From the sequence record DRR723986_5772: a DNA stretch of 30,007 bases; one strand, 5' to 3'. Below are positions 18,954 to 27,675 of the stretch, in pieces. The notes beneath the pieces were generated by a model that did not search any database, had not been told where the DNA came from, and saw only the letters and a list, made by a program, of their open reading frames with translations. Made by a program: the position numbers and the translations under genes. Positions within the stretch are counted from its first letter, which is position 1. Each line of letters begins with the position of its first letter.

Positions 18954-19706
18954 ATGAACCTATCAGGAAAAGTAGCAATCGTAACAGGCGGTGGAAGAGA
19001 CATCGGTAAGGAAGTATCCAAAAAATTAGCAGCACTAGGCGCTAAAGTAGTGGTCAATTATTTTGACAATAAAGAGCAAGCTGAGGAAACTTTGGCGGAA
19101 ATAAAAGCGGACGGCGGCGACGCGATTTTGGTGCAAGGTGATATGACAAGCGAGGCTGAGGTTGCTAACCTAATTTCAGAAACAACAAAAGCTTATGGAG
19201 ATGAAGTACATATTTTAGTGAATGTGGCTGGTGGATTAGTTGCTAGAAAGACGTTGGAAGAAATGGATCTTGATTTCTTCAGCTTCCTATTGAAATTGAA
19301 CCTTACTTCTAATTTCCTAGTGACCAAGGCTGTCGTTCCTCATATGAAAAGCGGTGCTTCTATCGTGAACTTCGCTTCTCAGGCAGGTCGTGACGGTGGC
19401 GGACCGGGAGCTTCTGCATATTCGACTGCAAAAGGTGGCGTGATCACCTTTACTAGATCTATGGCAAAAGAACTTGGACCAAAAAACATCCGAGTAAACT
19501 CTCTTTGCCCAGGAATGATTGCCACAACTTTCCACGACACCTTTACTAAGGACGAAGTACGTGAGAAAGTTGCAGGTGGAACTCCTTTAAGAAGAGAAGG
19601 AAAAGCGAAAGAAGTAGCTGACTTGGTAGCTTATCTTGCTTCTGATGAATCTTCATTCGTCACAGGAACTAACATCGATATCAACGGAGGATTACTATTC
19701 TCTTAA
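18954..19706 (+). CDS. SDR-family oxidoreductase, probable DEH reductase
   Basis: TGGGRDIG cofactor motif, SQAGRDGGGPGASAYSTAKG (YxxxK) and CPGMIATTFHDTF. Last gene of the alginate PUL. Confidence 0.85.
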   Translation: MNLSGKVAIVTGGGRDIGKEVSKKLAALGAKVVVNYFDNKEQAEETLAEIKADGGDAILVQGDMTSEAEVANLISETTKAYGDEVHILVNVAGGLVARKTLEEMDLDFFSFLLKLNLTSNFLVTKAVVPHMKSGASIVNFASQAGRDGGGPGASAYSTAKGGVITFTRSMAKELGPKNIRVNSLCPGMIATTFHDTFTKDEVREKVAGGTPLRREGKAKEVADLVAYLASDESSFVTGTNIDINGGLLFS

Positions 19707-19727
19707 GTCTGAGTAATACCATTATGC

Positions 19728-19761
19728 AAAAAAGACTGGTAGCAATGCCAGTCTTTTTTTT
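19728..19761 (+). terminator. Intrinsic terminator closing the PUL (potentially bidirectional)
   Basis: AAAAAAGACTGGTA-GCAA-TGCCAGTC-TTTTTTTT, with a GNRA loop and A/T runs on both sides. Confidence 0.9.
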
Positions 19762-19953
19762 ATGATGTTCTTGTTAAAATATATCTCCAAAGCATTAATA
19801 ATTGAGGTTCATTTTTGGAAATTCTCCTTTTCTAAAGGTGGCAAGGGGGATTTACAAACCAAACCTGCCCTCAGAACCCTCATGATAGCGGGTATAACTT
19901 TTTCTAGTTGCCCATTGAAATAGGAATTCAAAAATTACATATTTTCAACTACT

Positions 19954-20319
19954 ATGTTCGACTTCATCAATCAGTTGTCCGTTGACATCATTTTTTTCGG
20001 TAAGGTAATTTCCCGCGAGTTGTTAATTGCAAATCCTTGGTATTGTCTAGACGAAACCCGAAAGATAAACTGCTATTTCACCTTCTTTAAAGATGGCACT
20101 TCCGTCAAAGCTGAAAACGGAGATGAGTATGAACTGGATTGGAAATTAAGTCCAGAAGGGATTTTGGAATTTATAGACGACATCGATCCTCCGCTTAGAT
20201 TTGAAGTGAAGTGTTTAGGAAATCAAATGATAGTATTCAAATATCCTGACCAACCAACCGGCCTTGTGCTTTTCACTGAAGGTAAAGCAAAGGAGATTTT
20301 GATTCCTTTTTTGAATTAA
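19954..20319 (+). CDS. Hypothetical protein (121 aa)
   Basis: ATG after an A/T-rich leader; fills the spacer and shares TTAA with the stop of the convergent peptidase gene. No family recognised. Confidence 0.55.
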   Translation: MFDFINQLSVDIIFFGKVISRELLIANPWYCLDETRKINCYFTFFKDGTSVKAENGDEYELDWKLSPEGILEFIDDIDPPLRFEVKCLGNQMIVFKYPDQPTGLVLFTEGKAKEILIPFLN

Positions 20320-21968
20320 TTCCCAGAGACATTCAGAGTGCCTACGTAGTAACCTTTGTCTACAGTGACTTTTGCATCTTTCTTTGCCACATCTACTGAC
20401 TGCCATTGCTGAGTCGGTTTCAGATTCATTTCCTTCCCATCCACGTAGATTTTTAGAGACATATCGAATCCATCCACCACATTTTCCCAGCGGTAAAGCA
20501 ACTGGCCATCTTTCAAGTTATAGCTGAAAATCGGAATGCGAATATCTCTTAAATATTGATCAAAAACTGGCTTAAGGTTGATCCCAGTCTTTTGGGAAAT
20601 ATAATTTTCGATCTGGCGAGTGGAGACAGTTTTATGATAAAACTCAGAATTCAACCCTCTCAAAATTGATCTCCATTTCTCATCGTCGTTCACAATCTGC
20701 CGGATGGTATGTAGCATATTAGACCCTTTGTAATACATATCACCAGATCCTTCGGAATTCACATTATAAGTGCCGATGATTGGTATATCATTAGTAATGG
20801 CCATTCTGGTACCCAGCACATACTCGCTCGAGGCTTCTTTTCCATAGAAGTAGTCCACAAAAAGATTCTCAGAATAAGCCGTAAAACTCTCGTGAATCCA
20901 CATATCCGCGACATCCCGATAGGTGATATTATTGGCGAACCATTCGTGCCCTGACTCATGAATGATGATAAAATCAAACTTCAATCCCCAGCCTGTTCCG
21001 CTGAGATCACGACCCAAATAACCATTTTCAAACTCGTTACCATAAGTCACAGAACTCTGGTGCTCCATACCCAAATAAGGTGCTTGAACTAATTTATAGC
21101 TGTCTTCATAAAATGGATAGGGCCCAAACCAATACTCAAACGCCTCCATCATTCGTGGAGCATCTTCAAATTGCTTTTTGGCTTTTTTCAGATTCTCACG
21201 AAGCACATAGTAATCCATGTCCAGCTCGCCTTTTTCACCTTTATATTTTTCTCCGAAATGCACATAATCGCCCACGTTGATATTGATGCCGTAGTTATTA
21301 ATTGGGTTTTTCACTTCCCAGTGATAGGTTTTGGTTTTGGCTGCTTTGTCATGATCTGTTTTGATTAAGCGTCCATTGGATATATCCATTAGATTTTCGG
21401 GTACAGTTACAGACATCAGAACTCCTTGATCTGGCTCGTCATAGCCATGATCCTTATTTGGCCACCAGACGCTTGCCCCAATTCCCTGATTGGAATTTGC
21501 GATAAAAGGCAAGCCATTACTATCCTTTTGCCAAGTTAAACCACCATCCCATGGCGGGCGAACCGCCTCCACAGGTGTTCCTGAAAATGTCAAAACCACT
21601 TCCTTTTCTTCCCCGATTGGCTGGTCCGATTTAAGCGTGATAAAATGAGCATTCCCCTCATGCTCAATTTTTAATTCCACTCCATCCTGCTCGGCTTTCG
21701 AAAGTTGCATAGGTGTTTGTAAATCGATTTGCATGCGATTTGCATCTTCCAGCACTTTGTACCTCACCGTATTTTTGCCCGAAAGTGACTTCGTATCCGG
21801 GTCAACTGTCACTTCCAAATGATAATATTGCAAATCCCACCAGGCTCGCTCAGGAGTAATGGTACCTCGCAATGTGTCCTGACGCGTGAATTTCTCTCCA
21901 TGAGGAAACATTTGTGCTTGGGCACTAAGGCAAAGGAGTATGGAAAAGCTTAGTAGTATAAATCTCAT
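20316..21968 (-). CDS. Secreted M1-family zinc aminopeptidase
   Basis: LGMEH (GAMEN-like) and HESGH-x18-E zinc motif, plus YYKG. Signal peptide MRFILLSFSILLCLSAQA from ATG 21968. Confidence 0.92.
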   Translation of the reverse strand: MRFILLSFSILLCLSAQAQMFPHGEKFTRQDTLRGTITPERAWWDLQYYHLEVTVDPDTKSLSGKNTVRYKVLEDANRMQIDLQTPMQLSKAEQDGVELKIEHEGNAHFITLKSDQPIGEEKEVVLTFSGTPVEAVRPPWDGGLTWQKDSNGLPFIANSNQGIGASVWWPNKDHGYDEPDQGVLMSVTVPENLMDISNGRLIKTDHDKAAKTKTYHWEVKNPINNYGININVGDYVHFGEKYKGEKGELDMDYYVLRENLKKAKKQFEDAPRMMEAFEYWFGPYPFYEDSYKLVQAPYLGMEHQSSVTYGNEFENGYLGRDLSGTGWGLKFDFIIIHESGHEWFANNITYRDVADMWIHESFTAYSENLFVDYFYGKEASSEYVLGTRMAITNDIPIIGTYNVNSEGSGDMYYKGSNMLHTIRQIVNDDEKWRSILRGLNSEFYHKTVSTRQIENYISQKTGINLKPVFDQYLRDIRIPIFSYNLKDGQLLYRWENVVDGFDMSLKIYVDGKEMNLKPTQQWQSVDVAKKDAKVTVDKGYYVGTLNVSGN

Positions 21969-22104
21969 GACGAAGGCGAAATTTGGAATTTGAAACCACA
22001 AGATACTGGGTAGGATCAATTGAAAAGCCATACATTTCCACGAAAGGACTTAATTTTAGTGAAATGAAGGTTGTAAACGATAAGAAGAGTGAAACCTAAT
22101 TAAT

Positions 22105-22449
22105 ATGAGCAAAATCAACTACCACAATCGTAAATTCCGTGCAGTTCAAAACACAGAAAATGGGGAAACTTCAGCCGAAACAGTTTTCCACTATCAGCAA
22201 GAAGGTAATATTCTAACAGCAGAATACGCTGGAGGAAAGATTGTCAAAGGCCATCTAATCGGGTTAGTGAATGAAGAAGGAAATATAAATATGCGCTATC
22301 ACCAAGTAAATTCTGTTGGAGAACTCATGACTGGCATCTGCCAATCCAAACCCAAAATTCTAGAAAATGGTAAAATCCGTCTCCATGAAACCTGGGAATG
22401 GACTTCTGGTGATCGGTCTAGCGGAGAAAGTGTAATTGAGGAGATCTGA
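22105..22449 (+). CDS. Conserved small hypothetical protein
   Basis: Clean 114-aa ORF with alternating beta-strand pattern (NTENGETSAETVFHYQQ, YAGGKIVKG, LHETWEWT). Function not assignable from sequence. Confidence 0.75.
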   Translation: MSKINYHNRKFRAVQNTENGETSAETVFHYQQEGNILTAEYAGGKIVKGHLIGLVNEEGNINMRYHQVNSVGELMTGICQSKPKILENGKIRLHETWEWTSGDRSSGESVIEEI

Positions 22450-22622
22450 GTGAAGGTTGGATGAGGGAGGCCGGGTGACCGATGCTCCTAGCCACTATAG
22501 TTAAATTGCTTCATATGCGATAACCTGCCTGTCCACTACCGTTATAATAAACTTCGAAAAAAATCTCAGCAAACACTAAATCTGACTAGCATACATTTTA
22601 GCTAACCGACTTAAAAACAACC

Positions 22623-22657
22623 TACTTTGTACTTGAGATTTTTTACTTTATACTTCC
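22623..22657. repeat. Degenerate heptamer tandem repeat (TACTTNN)
   Basis: tactttg-tacttga-gattttt-tacttta-tacttcc, an exact 7-nt period. Confidence 0.6.
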
Positions 22658-22659
22658 TT

Positions 22660-24036
22660 TTACATCCTAATTCTCCACTCTTTCGGATAATAGTTATTCA
22701 CACGGTTTCCTAAGTTTTTGATCCAGCCAAGCGGTAAGTTATTATAAGTTATCAACACCCAGCCAACTGGTAAATCAGGTATTTCAAACTCATTTTTACG
22801 CAAAAATTCAATGGCTTCAGTTTCCGAAAGCTCATGAGAAGGAAAGTCCTTTTTAGGTAATGTGGATAAAGCCCACTCATGATTTGGAATCCAATCGTTT
22901 TTCTGCTTTTTCCCAATTTCCACTCCGAAATACTTCAAGCTCAAATGCTGTGAAATTTTCTGAAAATGCAGATTCCAATCTTTGGAAATCCTGAAATAAG
23001 AATCATTCAGCGTGTAGAATTTTCCAGTACCATCAAACCCTAATTCCTCATCCAATCCGCTGGATTCCCGATTAAATACTTCCTTCAGGTAAGGATGTTT
23101 GAAATCTTTTATTCGCTTCGGTTCTTGGATATAAGCCTCTGTTGATCGCTTCAAAACCGTAATAAAAAAGCCTTCTCCCTCCACCAAATGCGGGAAGAAT
23201 CGATAGCCATAAAATGTTTTTCCTTCAGCTTCTACCTCGGTTTCCCTGATATTCCAACTAGCATCTAAAGGAACTCGAACTGGCTCATACGAAAACTCCT
23301 CGGTCAAAAACCGGATCATATCCTCATTTTCCCGCTCATTGAACGTGCAGGTGCTGTAAACCAAATATCCATCAGCTTTCACCAAAGCTCCAGCTTGATC
23401 CATGATTCGCTTTTGGCGAGCGGAGCAAAGCTGCACATTGTCAATGGACCATTCTTCCCTAGCCTGAGGATCCTTGCGAAACATTCCTTCTCCGGAACAA
23501 GGTGCATCCACCAAAACCAAGTCAAAAAAGCCCTCCAGAGGTGCAAAATGATCAGGATCATTGTTGGTAACCGCAGTATTTCCCAACCCCCACTTGATGA
23601 TATTTTCCTTCAAAATCTGAGCTCTAGGCTGAATGACCTCATTGGCAACCAACATTCCTTCACTACCTAAATAGGTAGAGAGTAAGGTTGATTTCCCACC
23701 TGGCGCAGCTGCCAAATCGAGGTAAATTCCTTTGGGGATTTCCAGTGAATTAAGAATATGTTCTATAAAAATCGAAGATGCTTCCTGCACATAATAGGCT
23801 CCGGCGTGGATCGCAGGGTCAAGAGTAAATGAAGGTCTTTCTTCCAAAAAAAAGCCCGTTTTGGACCATGGTATGGGCGTGTTTTTCCATGAAAGTGAAA
23901 AGGTTTTGGCAGAGTTTAATCTGATGGAAGTTCGAGAAGGATTGTTAATTGCTTCTTTGAATTGCTCAAATTCGGCTTGACCGAGTAGTTCGAGCATCTG
24001 AGACTCGAATTCCTTTGGAAGATTGGTTTCTGGCAT
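22660..24036 (-). CDS. RsmB/NOP-family rRNA cytosine-C5 methyltransferase (RsmF-like)
   Basis: AGAYYVQEASS, DLAAAPGGKST, LVDAPCSGEGMFRKD, VYSTCTFN and C-terminal RVNNYYPKEWRI. ATG 24036 preferred because TATATTTG lies 4 nt upstream. Confidence 0.93.
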   Translation of the reverse strand: MPETNLPKEFESQMLELLGQAEFEQFKEAINNPSRTSIRLNSAKTFSLSWKNTPIPWSKTGFFLEERPSFTLDPAIHAGAYYVQEASSIFIEHILNSLEIPKGIYLDLAAAPGGKSTLLSTYLGSEGMLVANEVIQPRAQILKENIIKWGLGNTAVTNNDPDHFAPLEGFFDLVLVDAPCSGEGMFRKDPQAREEWSIDNVQLCSARQKRIMDQAGALVKADGYLVYSTCTFNERENEDMIRFLTEEFSYEPVRVPLDASWNIRETEVEAEGKTFYGYRFFPHLVEGEGFFITVLKRSTEAYIQEPKRIKDFKHPYLKEVFNRESSGLDEELGFDGTGKFYTLNDSYFRISKDWNLHFQKISQHLSLKYFGVEIGKKQKNDWIPNHEWALSTLPKKDFPSHELSETEAIEFLRKNEFEIPDLPVGWVLITYNNLPLGWIKNLGNRVNNYYPKEWRIRM

Positions 24037-24040
24037 GGGA

Positions 24041-24048
24041 CAAATATA
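24041..24048 (-). promoter_or_regulatory. -7 promoter box TATATTTG of the methyltransferase gene
   Basis: Exact match to TAnnTTTG, 4 nt before the ATG. Confidence 0.7.
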
Positions 24049-24143
24049 AGTCAACAGTTCGCAGTCTCAGTAATCAGTTTTCAGAAACTGAAATGCTTTA
24101 TCAAATCTTAGAAATTGCTAGATTGTCTAAATTCTAAAGATTT

Positions 24144-24506
24144 ATGGAAATCCTCGCTAAAATTCTCATCGGTGCCATTGCTGCCCTTCACCTCTACTTT
24201 TTATACTTCGAAATGTTCGCTTGGGAAACAATTGGAAAAAAAACTTTCAAATCCCTACCAGCAGAATTATTTCCTAAAACCAAAGGGCTAGCTGCAAATC
24301 AGGGACTTTACAATGGCTTTCTGGTAGCTGGATTGGTGTGGTCGCTGCTCATTGAGGATCAGAAATGGTCTTTTTATGTGGCGGTATTTTTTCTGAGCTG
24401 TGTGTTGGTTGCTGGAATTTTTGGTGCACTGACGGCAAGTAAAAAAATCTTCTGGGTACAGGGTTTACCAGCGCTAATCGCCTTGGTATTGCTGCATTTA
24501 CATTAA
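24144..24506 (+). CDS. DUF1304-like membrane protein
   Basis: ALHLYFLYFEMFAW and LAANQGLYNGFL motifs, four hydrophobic helices, C-terminal QGLPA. Confidence 0.85.
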   Translation: MEILAKILIGAIAALHLYFLYFEMFAWETIGKKTFKSLPAELFPKTKGLAANQGLYNGFLVAGLVWSLLIEDQKWSFYVAVFFLSCVLVAGIFGALTASKKIFWVQGLPALIALVLLHLH

Positions 24507-24519
24507 AAAAAAGAAATGT

Positions 24520-24618
24520 ATTTCCCGCAGATTTACGCTAATTGTTTCGCAGAAATTCGCTGATTAGAAACATTCGGCGAATATCTGCGATTTTTATTTG
24601 CGCTGATCTGCGGGAAAT
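24520..24618. repeat. ~99-bp nested inverted repeat (REP/MITE-like) between convergent genes
   Basis: Outer arms ATTTCCCGCAGAT / ATCTGCGGGAAAT; inner arms TCGCAGA / TCTGCGA and ATTCGCTGA / TCGGCGAAT. Confidence 0.8.
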
Positions 24619-24621
24619 CAT

Positions 24622-26145
24622 TTATAAATCATCCTCCTCGAAATCATCTTCTTCTCCCGGACCCATATCGAACATGGAGCTAAATAGATCTTTAAACTGC
24701 AAGCCAGTATCCAGCACTTTTTTGCTTAGCTGAGAGAATTCCGCCAATCCATGTAGCGCAAATTCCATAAAGAATTCCTTCTCTTTTTCAGGCATGTCTT
24801 TCACCAACTGCGTCACTACCTCTTCCAAACCTGGTATGGAATGAAGTGCAGACTTGTAGTCCTTGTCTCCCTGAGAAGCTAGGATATCCAACTCATTTCC
24901 TTCACCAAACCAAGCTAGAGGCAATACATATGGATTCCCATCTTTTGACTTTTTCTTCTGCTCTGGGGATGGGAAATAGTTTACGAATTGTGAACGTATC
25001 GCTTTTCCGATAAGATTGTAGGCCACCAGGCCAGCGCCTTCCTGCTCTCCTTCATAAACCAACTCCACTTTTCCGGTAATTGCTGGGATAACTCCGATCA
25101 AATCAGCAATTCGAATAATGGTATTACTTTCTCCATTCATATACATTCTACGCTCAGCAGCGGAAATCAAGTTTTCGTAAGCCGAAATCGTCAATCTCGC
25201 AGAAACACCGCTTTTCTCATCCACGAATTCAGAACCTCGAGCCTCAATAGCAATCTGCTCGATCAAGTCTTTCATCAGTTCTGGAACATAGATATTGTCC
25301 ACAGGCTTGCCTTTAAGATTGGATTCCTGTGCAGTTATCCTTCTCCCTATCTCTATAGATTTAGGATAATGCGTAATGATCTGACTTTCAATTCTATCCT
25401 TCAGCGGAGTCACTATGCTACCACGATTAGTGTAATCTTCCGGATTGGCTGTAAATACAAATTGAATATCCAGCGGCAGCCTCAATTTGAATCCACGGAT
25501 TTGAATGTCGCCTTCCTGCAGGATATTGAACAAGGCTACCTGGATTCTGGCTTGCAAATCGGGTAATTCATTGATCACGAATATGGAGCGATGCGATCGT
25601 GGCACCAAACCGTAATGGATGACGCGCTCATCGTTATAGCTCAGCTTCATAGTGGCGGCCTTGATAGGATCCACATCACCAATCAAATCGGCTACAGAAA
25701 CATCAGGAGTTGCTAATTTTTCAGTATATCGGTCTGATCTATGCCACCATCCAATTGGCGTATTATCACCTTTTTCCTCTATCAAATCCTTGGCAAAAGA
25801 AGTCAACGGCTGCAATGGATCGTCATTCAACTCAGCTCCAAAAACCACCGGGACATACTCATCGAGAAGATGAGTCATCATTCTGGCAATTCTTGTTTTA
25901 GCTTGCCCACGAAGTCCCAGTAAATTGATATTGTGTCTGGAGAGAATCGCCCGCTCGATATCTGGAATCACAGTATCCTCATATCCCCAAATTCCTTCAA
26001 ATACGTTTTCCTTTCGCTTGATCTTCAAGATCAAATTGTCGCGAAGTTCTTCTTTGATGGATTTGGGTTGGTAGCCCGCTGCCTTCAGTTGGCCGAGGGT
26101 TTTTATCTGGGTGAGTTCCTGTGGTGTCAGTTTTTGGTAGTCCAT
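24622..26145 (-). CDS. AAA+ ATPase, Mg-chelatase subunit I/MoxR-related
   Basis: Walker A GLRGQAKT, EKLATPDVSVADLIGDVDP, Walker B variant IFVINELPDL, FTANPEDYTNRG, PLKDR and GVSAR. Confidence 0.88.
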   Translation of the reverse strand: MDYQKLTPQELTQIKTLGQLKAAGYQPKSIKEELRDNLILKIKRKENVFEGIWGYEDTVIPDIERAILSRHNINLLGLRGQAKTRIARMMTHLLDEYVPVVFGAELNDDPLQPLTSFAKDLIEEKGDNTPIGWWHRSDRYTEKLATPDVSVADLIGDVDPIKAATMKLSYNDERVIHYGLVPRSHRSIFVINELPDLQARIQVALFNILQEGDIQIRGFKLRLPLDIQFVFTANPEDYTNRGSIVTPLKDRIESQIITHYPKSIEIGRRITAQESNLKGKPVDNIYVPELMKDLIEQIAIEARGSEFVDEKSGVSARLTISAYENLISAAERRMYMNGESNTIIRIADLIGVIPAITGKVELVYEGEQEGAGLVAYNLIGKAIRSQFVNYFPSPEQKKKSKDGNPYVLPLAWFGEGNELDILASQGDKDYKSALHSIPGLEEVVTQLVKDMPEKEKEFFMEFALHGLAEFSQLSKKVLDTGLQFKDLFSSMFDMGPGEEDDFEEDDL

Positions 26146-26150
26146 ATTGC

Positions 26151-27251
26151 TTAAAAGCGTTTCGTTCTATTTCGTCTATAATCTTCAAAAATCAGGTCGC
26201 CGAGCCCTTTCAGACTGCTGTAGTAGGCATTCCCATTATTCACTTTGGTAAATTCCTTTACAAATTCCTTCAAATAGGGATCTGAAGCAATCATAAAGGT
26301 AGTCACTGGTATTTTCAATTTTCGGCATTGGGCCGCAAGTTTCAGTGTCTCGCTGAGGATCTTGCTGTCTATTCCAAAAGCATTTTTATAGTATTTGATT
26401 CCCAATTTCAGGCAAGTCGGTTTTCCATCGGTGATCATGAAAATCTGCTTGTTTGGATTCTTCCTTCTTCGAAGTATATCCATCGCTAGTTCCAGACCAG
26501 CAACGGTATTCGTATGATAAGGGCCAACTTGCAGGAATGGCAAGTCTTTGATTTCTATCTGCCAAGCGTCATTTCCGAAGACGATGATGTCGAGTGTGTC
26601 TTTTGGATATCGAGTTTTGATCAGTTCTGCCAAAGCCATGGCTACTTTCTTCGCTGGAGTGATTCTATCTTCCCCATACAAAATCATAGAGTGGGAAATA
26701 TCTATCATCAGCACCGTAGATGTCTGTGATCGAAACTCATTTTCCACCACTTCCAGGTCATCTTCGGTAAGCAAATAATCTCCACCAAAACCATGATTTG
26801 CCTGGGCATTTCTCAAAGAATCCGTCAAAGCAATCTGATCCAGATTATCTCCAAATTCATAAGCTCGGCGATCTGTGCCACGCTCTTCTCCTTGTCCTGA
26901 ATGTGTGGTTTTATGTTGACCTGATTTTCCGCGCTTAAGTTTGCCGAATATCTCTTCCAAAGCTGACTTGCGAATCGTCTGCTCAGCTTTCCCAGTGACC
27001 TTGAATTCTCCTTTTCGGTTTTCCTCGGTTAGGTAGCCTTTGCTTTTCAGATCCTCTATAAAGTCTCCGATCCCATACTTGGGATTGGTCATGTTGTAGC
27101 GATTGTCAAGATTGGTGAGCCAGCTCATCGCCTCAGCCACATCCCCGCCAGTCATGGTGACGAGTTGCAAAAATATATTCAACAGATTCTCAAACGTATT
27201 CTTCTCAGGATCCTGAGTGGGTACGAACTGAGTAAATCGAAATCCTTTCAT
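26151..27251 (-). CDS. von Willebrand factor A (VWA) domain protein, partner of the AAA+ ATPase
   Basis: MIDAS motif DISHS, T in HTNT, and ITDG. Ends 5 nt before the ATPase start; ATG 27251 (MKGFRF) preferred. Confidence 0.88.
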   Translation of the reverse strand: MKGFRFTQFVPTQDPEKNTFENLLNIFLQLVTMTGGDVAEAMSWLTNLDNRYNMTNPKYGIGDFIEDLKSKGYLTEENRKGEFKVTGKAEQTIRKSALEEIFGKLKRGKSGQHKTTHSGQGEERGTDRRAYEFGDNLDQIALTDSLRNAQANHGFGGDYLLTEDDLEVVENEFRSQTSTVLMIDISHSMILYGEDRITPAKKVAMALAELIKTRYPKDTLDIIVFGNDAWQIEIKDLPFLQVGPYHTNTVAGLELAMDILRRRKNPNKQIFMITDGKPTCLKLGIKYYKNAFGIDSKILSETLKLAAQCRKLKIPVTTFMIASDPYLKEFVKEFTKVNNGNAYYSSLKGLGDLIFEDYRRNRTKRF

Positions 27252-27255
27252 AATT

Positions 27256-27289
27256 AGACTCAAGTATCAAGATTCAAGACACAAGACTT
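27256..27289. repeat. Degenerate heptamer tandem repeat (AGNNNCA)
   Basis: agactca-agtatca-agattca-agacaca-agactt, just upstream of the VWA gene start. Confidence 0.7.
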
Positions 27290-27441
27290 TGGTTTTAAAG
27301 TAACCAACGAGACTCTTGTCAAAATTAACTAAGCCGGAAAGCCTTGAAATTCAATTTAGTGGAATTTTATTGACTCCGACAGTTCAGGTAACAAACAGAA
27401 GGGTATGGTAGTTTAGTAAATGGAATAAAAACTCTAAAATT

Positions 27442-27675
27442 ATGAAAAACTACCTTGGAGCCGTCGGTATAGTCACTGGTGTGTTAATCATATTTGTCAG
27501 CGCTATACAATTCAATTTAGGTATGTTTCTGATATGGCTGCTTTTCTTGGTAGGCCCTGTTTTGGTCTTGTGGATGGTGTGGTCAGTGCTGATTGCAGAT
27601 GTGGTCGTAAAAGAAACTTTTGAAGAACAATGGTATCAGGATGAGCCTGAAATGCGGAGAAGGGGTTTAGCTTGA
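27442..27675 (+). CDS. Small two-TM hypothetical membrane protein
   Basis: Two hydrophobic stretches followed by an acidic tail (ETFEEQWYQD); A-rich leader before the ATG. Confidence 0.7.
   Translation: MKNYLGAVGIVTGVLIIFVSAIQFNLGMFLIWLLFLVGPVLVLWMVWSVLIADVVVKETFEEQWYQDEPEMRRRGLA

Noticed and set aside
22450-22500. G-rich patch after the small hypothetical gene
   Set aside because: It may be a decayed repeat, but no clear period or stem could be supported.
24542-24733. 63-aa ORF starting within the inverted repeat
   Set aside because: It is a translation of the repeat plus the antisense strand of the ATPase 3' end.
566-26778. Numerous 60-125 aa ORFs antisense to, or out of frame within, long genes (for example 2138-2509, 6573-6866, 17857-18234, 23395-23670)
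   Set aside because: They overlap well-supported genes wholly or mostly and have no recognisable motifs, so they are treated as shadow ORFs.
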